This document shows, one piece after another, positions 1-9,899 of a DNA stretch of 64,000 bases. The notes under the pieces were generated by a model. It made no database searches and was not told the origin of the DNA. It saw only the letters and a program-made list of their open reading frames with translations. This DNA comes from Magallana gigas (Eukaryota). Positions within the stretch are counted from its first letter, which is position 1; each line of letters starts with the position of its first letter. Where the stretch lies: contig NC_088859.1 in assembly GCF_963853765.1 (NCBI RefSeq), positions 35,836,001-35,900,000 of the forward strand. Direction: 5' to 3'. Both the position numbers and the translations under genes were made by a program.

Positions 1-3000
1 GGCCGTACGTCTGAATCTGATTCCATTGTTATAAGTGAGATCCCTACGGACACTCCTAAGCCAGGGTCGGATGACACAGACTTAGTTCTATCAGAGAGTG
101 ATGGTGGCAGTAAGTCTGAGTCTGATCCCATTGCTAGCATTAATGGCCCTTACACTGAAAATGAAGATGACTGGCAGACTCCACACAACCTTGATCTGGA
201 TCAAAATGAAAATCCTCCTAAAATGGAGTTAAGAGATGGTTTTGAAGATAAGAAATCTGAAGAAGCCACCTCTGGAGATCTTCTAAAAGGCCAGCAGGTT
301 ATTGTGGAGACTGTTAAAGAAAATGGGAAGCCTGAACTAAATCAAGAATCATCCAGAGCCAAAAAAGCCAGGAAGTTAGAGGCTTATGGTGATAGGTTGA
401 AGCAAATGAAGGGAAGCACAATGTACACAGACTTTAAATGTGCAGTGTGTGAGAAATCTCTCTCTGATCCATGCTATCTGGATTGTTTACATGCCTTTTG
501 TGCTGGCTGCTTAACTGTGGAGGAGGAACAGAAAATAAAATGTCCCACATGTCTCACTGAGACAGGGCTTCCTGAAGGTGGACTTGATGCTCTTCCAAGA
601 ATTAGAATCCTAGAAGACCTTGCTGAAAAGAATTCTGAAACCAAACATTGTGAGGTTTGTAAGCTGATGAAGAAGGTTAATGATGCAACTGGTTTCTGTG
701 TTGAATGCAAGGACTACCTTTGCCAAAATTGCTGGGATGTGCATAAGTTCACTAAGTTTACTCTCAACCATGAGGTGATTTCTTTAGAGGGAACATCCAT
801 TGAAGAGTTAGAGAAACAGAGTAAAGGGCAGGAGGAACATTCCAAATGTAGCAAGCATTCCAGTGAAGACCTCAGGTATTTCTGTAAGGGTTGTGAAGAA
901 TATGTCTGCACTGATTGCATTCTGCTGGATCATCAAACTCATCCATGTATTTCAATCCAAGAAGCTTTTGAAAAGCAGATGGTAACATTTGATATGCTAC
1001 TGAAAGGGGTTGATGAAAAAATTCAAAGAATAGAAATGGAAGAATTTGAACCTGAAAGAAATGTTGTAGAACTTGCTGAAGAAGTTCAAGTTGAAAAAAT
1101 CAAATCAACCATTGAAATGGTTATCCAGGGCTTACGGCAGCAGGAAGCAGAGGCAATTGCCTCAGTGCATCAGAAATTCCAGAACTTGAAACAGCATAGT
1201 CAAAAAAGACAATATTCAGCCCAAGAGATTCTATTCCATTTGAAAGAGGTTAAGACCATTTGTGTTCGCCTCTCTGCACTTAGTAATAACGAAGAATTCT
1301 TGGCTCTTGAGAAAAAGTTTTCGAAAAGACTTTTGAGAGTTCTTAATATGACTGTTATGCCAGAACCACTCTCTTGGTTTTCAACTCCAGAAGCTGAAGT
1401 TGAATCTTGGCTGATTGATGATAAGAAATTGAAGTCTCTCTTCAAAATTACTAACCATAGCAAATGTCATGATTGGGTTGAAGATATGCCATGCATTGGT
1501 TCATTGAAGGAATTCTATCAGGACAGAGAAGCCAGCAAGAAGGCGGGCCATCCAGAATGGTACAAAGGCAATGTTCAGAAATCCATGGAATATAACCATA
1601 AAGTGGACGAGGATCAGCACTTCTTTAACAGAAATGCTGACTTGGATCCAGTGAGGTCTATATCCACACAGAGTGAGAGTGGAAGCACTGCTAATTCTGA
1701 GAACTATGAAGATGCAGGAGCTAGGCCAAAGATAATTAGCCCCAAAAAGAGGCGTGGTCGAAAAAAGAAAAATGCTGCTATCTCTATGGAGAACATTACC
1801 CAATATCATCCGATGGCTGATGAAGGGTCATGTGAAGTGCAGGAATCTAATTTCTATGATTCATCTTTGTATGGGCAAGTTCCAGGATATGTGGGAATGT
1901 CAGAGTATTTGAATCATTCCTTATATACCGGTAGGCCACTGCAGTTTCCTGGGGAGGGTTTCTATCCTGGGGCACACTACATGATGAATTCTGTGAGTCT
2001 GAATTCCTTAACAAACATCTCAAAGACAGGCAAAGTTCCAACCAAAAAACCCCAACAACAATCAAGCCAGCCTGCCAAGCCTCAGAGCAAAACTTCTAAG
2101 GAAAAAGATAAAATTAAAGTAAAGCCAGCTCCTGCTGAAAGTACCAATAAGCCAAAGAAAGCAAAAGCTGCAAAAGTCAAACCTGTCAATGCGTCAGTTT
2201 CCATCACTCCAAAATGGAGACTGGACACGAAATGCTCAGATGACAAAGAAACCCCGTTCCTTACATCAGTACACCCCATTCAACATAATAAAGTGGTGGT
2301 TTCTGATAGTGTGAACAACAAGATAAAAATATTTTCCATCGAGGGAACCTTTATCAAAGCCTATAATGTGGAGAACCCAACTAGTGTCATTTTTGTGTGT
2401 GGGGTATTAATTTGGACCTCAGGTCCCAATGTTGTCATTCAGGAGATGAATGATGAATTTGTTAAAGTTATCAACTTCCAGAATGCTTCAATTCCACGCC
2501 CATTGTCCTGGTATCCCCAGAGCCAGTTTGCTGTAGCCAATGGGGATCACTTGAGGATTTACCATGTGGACAAGGAGAAGTCAAACTTTACCAAAAAGAG
2601 CCAAGTTTCTTTTGAACTTCCCAATCAACAGAAGATGTCCAACATCTTCTCTGTAAGGTCCAATGGCAATGGCAAGAGTATTGTAATGACAGACGGGGAC
2701 TTGAAGGCCGTGGTCATTGGGGACAATGAGGGCAAGGTCACAGGTAAGTCCATCAGTTTCCTACCATACATGGTAGTTTTGCATTGTAATCTTACAGCTT
2801 TATATTTCAGTAAACTTTTACCTTATACACTAGAATTAAACAATTTTCAAGAAAGAATGAACAGAAATTCCTTTAAAAGAATTATTTTTTAAAAAGGTTG
2901 TATTTTATTTTTAAAAGGGATGTATACCGGTGATAAAGGTACCAGTTGGTACCCAGGAGGGGCCTGCTTCAACAATGTTGGGGATGTCTTTACCCTGGAC

Positions 3001-3177
3001 TACACTAACAACCGCCTGCTGCTGCTGTCAACTGACGGGGAGATGATACAGGAGTGGAATACCGCCCCTACCATTACCCAGCCCTGGTCCGTCATCTGTG
3101 GGTCGGCCAGACAGCTGTTCATCACCGGGAGTGACCAATATGTACATGTGTACCAATACATGTATGATGAACAGTAG
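1..3177 (+). CDS. TRIM-family E3 ligase (RING, 2 B-boxes, coiled coil, long low-complexity linker, NHL-like propeller); 5'-partial
   Basis: Frame 1 is open from base 1 (GRTSESDSIV...), so the real start is upstream of the window. C3HC4 RING CAVC...CLHAFCAGC...CPTC, B-box1 CEVC...CVECKDYLCQNC...H, B-box2 CSKH...FCKGCEEYVCTDC...HQTH. Exon <1-2743, phase-1 intron 2744-2917 (ACAG|GTAAGT ... TTTAAAAG|GG), exon 2918-3177 continues in frame (EGKVT-G-MYTGDKGTSWYPGG...) to TAG. Confidence 0.9.
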
Positions 3178-3639
3178 GGCTGAATGTGAAGTGTGCAATA
3201 TTACTGGATCTCATTGGATATTTGATGTAAAAGAATGTGATGTTGTGGGTATGATTGAGACTTCAAACACACACATCAATGCTTTTTATAAGGGTTACTG
3301 CTCATGGAATAAGTATCATTCTAGATTTAACATCAGAATCAGTTAATTAAATTATAGACCTTGTTGGAACATGTACTTACTGTTAAATGTATTTGTAATT
3401 AATTTGATGGGCTACTGGGTACATGTACTATGTAAGGGTTCTACACAGTGCTTGTTTGCTTTATCATCGATAAACTGATAACAAAAAGATAATTGTCTTA
3501 TCAAGTTATGTGCCGGCGATTCTTCTTTTTTAAATCATATTATGCACATTATCATTGTTAAACACAAAAGTGCAACTATTGTGATTACTATTTTTTTTTA
3601 TCTGAGGCTAAAGTAAACCGCATACTTACAATTGTTATA

Positions 3640-3875
3640 GAACCATTTTAACAAGAGCTTGGACTTTGGGTAGTTGTGTCAAACATTAGCAATGTGACGT
3701 AAGCCTGTCTATTTCATTGCTGGCCACTCAGCCATGGCTCTTTGAAATCAACAAGATTTGTCTGGCTTTTGAGCTAAGAGTACGCAATCGGTGCATATTT
3801 CGCTTGAAACCACGTCAATTTAACTTATTAACTTAGCTACGTCCAACCGAAAGTCCAAGGTCTTGTTAAAATGGC
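3640..3875. mobile_element. TA-flanked MITE, family A, copy 1
   Basis: TIRs GAACCATTTTAACAAGAGCTTGGACTTT / AAAGTCCAAGGTCTTGTTAAAATGGC, flanked by TA; homologous copies in the opposite orientation at 24730-24979 and 32403-32649. Confidence 0.85.
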
Positions 3876-4957
3876 TATATTTTACACATGTAGTTTTTAG
3901 TTGGTGCAAAGGGGAGAGTGTTTTGATGTTTACCGATAGCTGTATTTTGTAGCTCTCACGTTTGATCTCATAGGTTTAGTATTACTTATTAGTGAGTTAA
4001 TGCAATGTTATTACAATCATTTCATCCAAATGTCTGTCTATATCTGCTTCTTTTGAAAAGCAAAACTGCAATCTATATGCATCACTTTTTCTTCATTTTT
4101 TTAATCAGTCCAAATTTGATTTCTCCAAGTACCTGTAGTTTTGATAAGTTGAAAATTATTGATATTATACTGATAGATATAGACGTTTTTAATGCTATGT
4201 CAAAATTTGAAAGTCAAATAACAAGTTATAAGCACGATACAGAGTTCACAATTCTTTGTTTTGTAAACAAAGCTCAAATATTGTCATTTTTACATACGTT
4301 TTGTATTAGTGTAAGTTTCAATCAAATGTATCTTTCTTTTGTTGACACTAGTATTTATGAAGATATCAAGTTAGTTTAAATTGTTTTTTACATGTCATTT
4401 TGTCTAAGAAATGGAAAATCTCTACATTACATATTTTGTAAACAACTATAAGACTCGAGCTTTGTTTACATAACAACCAATTCTTACCTCTGTATCTCGC
4501 TTGTACCTTGACTTTAACATTCAATATTTTGGTCAATCATTTAAAATGCACTATTAAACCATTTTATACAAAAAATTTAAAATTAAAATTTTTGATCTAA
4601 AATCGTGTCCCTTTAGTACAAATAGCATTTGTGATGCTTATAATCTGAAATCTAATAAAATTAGTAGTGATATAGGTAATGAAAATTAATTTCTTCTGTT
4701 GGGTTGTGGATAAACATGTGTAAAGAAAATTCAATACTAAGTCATGCGAAACTTTCATTTGAAACAGAGAAAAAATGTATAAAATTGATTGAGAGAATAA
4801 TGTTTAACTTCAACCAATCACTTTTAATCATTCTTTTGTTATTTTTCGTATTGTTTATAAGGGCAATTTATTATGATAAAACATGCAACATGTTGCTTTT
4901 ACTGTTCACCATTTCAGCAATATACTAGAAGAACCATGACATTTACCATGCTTAAGT

Positions 4958-5866
4958 TTTGTTATACCCCACGCAAACGAAGTTTGGGGGGGTATATAGG
5001 AATCACCTTGTCCGTCTGTCCGTCCGTCCGTCTGTCCGTCCGTCTGTCTGTGCAATCGTGTCCGGTCCATATCTTTCTTATGGAGAAACATTGGAAGTTC
5101 TTACTTCACCAAAAGATTGCTTATGACCTAAGGGTGTGTCATGACCTTGACCCAAGGTCATTTGGGCAAGATCAAGGTCACTGGCAGAAAAAATACAAAA
5201 TTCGTGTCCGGTCCATATCTTTCTTATGGAGAAACATTGGAAGGTTTTACTTCATACAAAGATTGTTTATGACCTAAGGGTGTGTCATGACCTTGACCCA
5301 AGGTCATTCGGGCAAGGTCAAGGTCACTGGCAGAAAACATACAAAAATTCGTGTCCGGTCCATATCTTTCTAATGGAGAAACATTGGAAGATCTTACTTC
5401 ACACAAAGATTCCTTTGACCTAAGGGTGTGTCATGACCTTGACCCAAGGTCATTAGGGCAAGGTCAAGGTCACTGGCAGAAAAAGTGCAAAATTTGTGTC
5501 CGGCCCATATCTTTCTTATGGAGAAACATTGGAACTTCTTAATTCACACAAAGATTGCTTATGACTTAAGGGTGTGTCATGACCTTGATCCAAGGTCATT
5601 TGGGCAAGGTCAAGGTCACTGGCAGAAAAAGTGCAAAATTTGTGTCCGGTCATTATCTTTCTTATGGAGAAGCATTGAATGTTCTTACTTCACACAAATA
5701 TTGCTTATGACCAACAGTTTTAAAAAATAGAGCAGTTGTTATTTAAAGAAAACAGACGGTGAAATAGATTCATCCAATATTTTCTATAATTGGAAAAATA
5801 CACGCATTATGATTTTTATCTTAGCGGGGGGTATCAATTGTGAGCTTGCTCACAGTACCTCTAGTT
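4958..5866 (-). mobile_element. Helentron-associated non-autonomous element (HINE/DINE-1/pearl-like) with 146-bp tandem repeats
   Basis: Terminal hairpin TATACCCC...CAAAC-GAA-GTTTG...GGGGTATA, (TCCG/TCTG)n microsatellite 5001-5050, about 4.5 units starting at 5058, 5204, 5351, 5496 and 5642 (145-147 bp), subterminal repeat GGGGGGTAT plus short hairpin TGTGAGCTTGCTCACA, ends CTAGTT. Confidence 0.85.
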
Positions 5867-6499
5867 TACTTTTACCACAGTGTATATTACATATTGTTTA
5901 CAATCTGTTCAATTTTGATCTAAATTCTTTGTTGATTAAATCAGAGTTAAAGTTTCACTGTGACACCAATATCAATCATCTCTATGTTTTTGAATTAAAT
6001 TAAACGTCAATTTTTTGAAAATCCTGCTATGAAATGAGTAACCTCTCTGAATTAGTCTCTTTTTTTGTATGAATTGGATATGGGTTTAATGTACAACAAG
6101 AATATATTAAATATTGCCGCTATTTCTGGATTAGAGTATATTGATTTAAGTTTATGCCAATGATATAATATGCTTGAAATTATCTTTATTCAGGGACAAC
6201 ATAAAAAAAAAAACATGCTGTCAACTTTGTTGAACTTGCAGAATCATTCATTCATCAAGTGCCATATATATTCGTTAGCCTTTACAGAACTATGTTCTTT
6301 AAAATTTAAATCAATTGAATGGGAATCTTATTTTGTTACGGCATGTATTATCTTTTTTCGCCATTGTTATATCGCTAAATAAAATATTTCTTTTATTTGA
6401 CTGTATTATGTTTGATGTTATAGTTCTGTAGGCGTGTGATGAAGTATTCATTACTATTTTCCAAAGTGCTAATTTTTTCACTCTTGTGAATTTAGTAAC

Positions 6500-6720
6500 T
6501 ACTGTAAATTCCTAATATTTCGCGAGTACTTATTTCTGCGATCCTGCTGTTTTGTATCAAATCGCGAGAGTATAAAATCGCGAACGTGGAACTTTTCTCC
6601 TTATTTCTTTTAGTTTTCAACTCTCAGAAAATAATGACGAGATATTTAAATCCGCGAAGGATGCTTCTCGCGATTTTACGCGGATATTAATTCCTCGTGT
6701 TTAATTAGGAATCTATAGTA
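6500..6720. mobile_element. TA-flanked MITE (TACTGTAAA-type ends)
   Basis: TACTGTAAATTCCTAAT at 6500 and ATTAGGAATCTATAGTA ending at 6720 are near-perfect inverted repeats; CGCGA-rich interior. Confidence 0.7.
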
Positions 6721-7507
6721 TGGAATTCCTAAAGGATATCAGACTCCCTTCTTATAATGTTTGCATGGAGTATATAAAAATATTGAAAGGTTTCTAATTT
6801 TTAAAAAGGGACGATACTGTATTATTTGAAAATTTGCTTGGAGGGGGTGATCTTATAACTCACATACTTTTCCCTTTAAAACAATTATATGACTAAAATG
6901 TTCTGGGTTTTTCTTCCCTGGATCGTGTTGGGTTCAATGATCTATTCTGTGCGTTCATTTTCTATTTAACTAGGATATTTATACCTACTAGTATAAATAT
7001 GAATTTAGTATCTGAAATTCCAAAAGGGGGGGGGGGGGCAGATCCGTGGCTGTACCATATTACTGATCGAATAAGGAAGCGTAATATTTAAGGAATAAGA
7101 AATCATTCTTCGAGTATTATGACGTGATAATTTCGGTTGGGCGTGATCAAATCTAAAAATGCCCGAGTCCTTATACTTATATTTATATAATTTTCAGCAA
7201 TTGTAAATTAAAATATTTAGTATGCAAACCCCGCTTGCTCCCCAACAATACAGCATTTGAATTTATTGTACAAAGTCGATTCGTAGTGTTATCACGGACA
7301 AAGACACTGGAAAATGTAAATATTAAATAGTAAATTAAAAATCTTCAAAAAGCTAATACATTGCATTATTGTATTCGTATAGCAGATTGTCGAAATACGT
7401 GCGAGTGCATTTGTTAGAAGTCAAGAAAAGCAGTCTGCAGAAGAACATTGCATTCAGGTTTAAATCGGATGTCAAATTTTAAGTGCTGATATAAATGTTT
7501 CACCTTT

Positions 7508-9105
7508 GGGCGCCTGTAAAGTGCGAAACGAAATCGAAACGAAACGAAACGAAATCGAACGAAACGAAACGAAACCAATCGAAACGAAACGAAACCAATC
7601 GAAACGAAACGAAATCAAACGAAACGAAACCAAAAATCAAAAAATCGAAACGAAACGAAACGGAATTTAAACAAAACTAATATCAATTTTGACTACATAA
7701 AAGTGAAAATAAATTCATTGAAGTAAACTTTTGAACCATAAAATATAACTACCTGTATGTTTCAGATTTCTAAGCCGATTATCTGAAATTTGCAAAAATT
7801 ATATAATTATGTAAATAAGTGATGTACATTCCTCTACCTTGACATTCTAAAATCAATTTTCTTTATATCGATTTGAAATATTGTTAGAATGAAACGATCG
7901 AATACAATGTGATTTAAAGCATACTGGTTGGTTACCAGTTTCGAACATATAATAAGAATTGTAAGTTGTAATATGTATAGCATGAATTTGGACGTCGTAA
8001 TTTGACAAAATTAACGTGCAATATAAAGATGATTATACTGTAAACGTATTAAAAAACTGTCTTTACCCCTTTGGCTGTGTATTCTATTTTGCGTTTTTGG
8101 CGGAAAACGGCGTCCGCAAAAATCAAGACTTAGTACATTGCCAAATGTAAAATATATAAGTAGATAAAAAGGTATATTCAGAAATGCGCTTAATCAAATC
8201 CATGCTAACTTGTTGAAAAATTATATTCCGCCAAATATTGTACACCCTAAATATAGTGAGTTTACAGTATTTACGGAGACATTTTTTAAAACTACACGAT
8301 ATTTTTATATCGAAATGAAATATTGTAAAAATGATTCAAATACATCGTGCGTGCGTGTGAAAGGAGAGAAAGAGGGGATTATGTTTGATTTAAGGTAAAA
8401 CACAGGTAAAAAAAAACCTCTTTATCTTGCACGTTAATTTTGTCAAATTACGATGGCCAAATTAATGCTATACATATTACAACAATTCTTATTATAAGTT
8501 AGAAACTGGTAACCAACCAGTATGCCCTAAACCACATTGTATTCGATCGTTTTATTTTTACAATATTTCAAATCGATAGAAAAAAAATTGTTGTTAGAAT
8601 GTCCCCTTCAGTATCATCATCATATCTCTATCTCTTTCTTTCTTTCTCTCTCTCTCCCAAACTTGCTTATATACTTTGCTATGTGATGTCGCTGATAAGT
8701 TTTAAGGCATCTTTCTCTCTCTCTAAACGTCTGAATATCATTTAATGAAACAAATTAGAAACATTAAAAGGTAGAGGAATGTACATCACTTGTTTACATA
8801 ATTATATAATTTTTGCAAATTTCGGATAATCGGCTTAAAAACTTACAGCGACAATCTGAAAAATACAGGTAGTTATATTTTATGGTTCAAAAATTTATTT
8901 CAATGAATTTTTTTTCACTTTTATGTAGTCAAAATTGATATTAGTTTTGTTTAAATTCCGTTTCGTTTCGTTTCGATTTTTGGTTTCGTTTCGTTTGATT
9001 TCGTTTCGTTTCGATTGGTTTCGTTTCGTTTCGATTGGTTTCGTTTCGTTTCGTTCGATTTCGTTTCGTTTCGTTTCGATTTCGTTTCGCACTTTACAGG
9101 TGCCC
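7508..9105. mobile_element. Non-autonomous foldback / Mutator-like element with ~520-bp TIRs and 9-bp TSD
   Basis: Ends GGGCGCCTGTAAAGTGCG / CGCACTTTACAGGTGCCC; identical 9-bp flanks TTCACCTTT at 7499-7507 and 9106-9114; (CGAAA)n arrays at ~7524-7660 and their complement at ~8950-9090; arm homology extends to ~8030 and ~8420; no coding ORF. Confidence 0.92.
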
Positions 9106-9899
9106 TTCACCTTTGCAATTTATTCCACATTTCGCAAAATTCGATCGCGTAATGCGCGCGTGTATCATGAACAATTTAATAAATTGCCTATTTCTAAAGT
9201 GTTTCTAACGCTCACTTACACCAGTTTATCGAGCTTATGAGACAAAAAATGTCAGGATTATGTAATCTTTTATCTAGCACTCAATTTGTTCTGTTGTGAC
9301 GATAGCGTTATTACTGTCGAATGTGATCAATGGTACAGGCATGACACTCGATCAAAATTCACAAAACTGTCATAAACAAAATATCACAGTCGGTAAGCAT
9401 AGTTTATCGACTGTAAACTATAGTTTCCAAAACGTAAACTGTAAAATAAGCGATTCGTTAAGTGTAGTTTTCATTTGCAAAATCTTATTGACTGTATTAA
9501 CTATAGTTTACGAATACTAATCTAATTTTATCTGTTAAGAAAACCTGAACTTTATTTTTTACTTTACAACGATTGATAAACAAGTTTAACAACTTATATT
9601 AATATCTCTCGTTGGCGCGGATGTAAACTATAGTTTACAAAACTATACTTTACATCCAAGTGTAACATTATTTCTAGATAAATTTTTTTTTGTTAATTTT
9701 GGCGTGCCTATACAAGCATATTAGCACTTCTATAACATTCAGATTTATTGATTAGTGGATAATACATATTTCCTGAGAATGCACACGTTAAAACTAAGGA
9801 CAAATGCAAAAGTCTACAATTATGATACAAATGCACTGGGGTGTTTTTTTACACCATCTCTATCAGCCATAAAGTACTAATATCTCTTTGACCCATTGC

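Noticed and set aside
2744-2892. C-terminal part of the 889-aa ORF (...KSISFLPYMVVLHCN...RIIF)
   Set aside because: Read-through into an intron; the CAG|GTAAGT donor at 2743/2744 splices in phase to 2918.
4873-5730. Overlapping ORFs with repeated MEKHWK/DLRVCHDLDPRSFGQ peptides
   Set aside because: Translation of the 146-bp satellite; no consistent frame between units.
7495-9240. ORFs rich in ETKRN / FRFVS
   Set aside because: Products of the (CGAAA)n microsatellite in the foldback TIRs.
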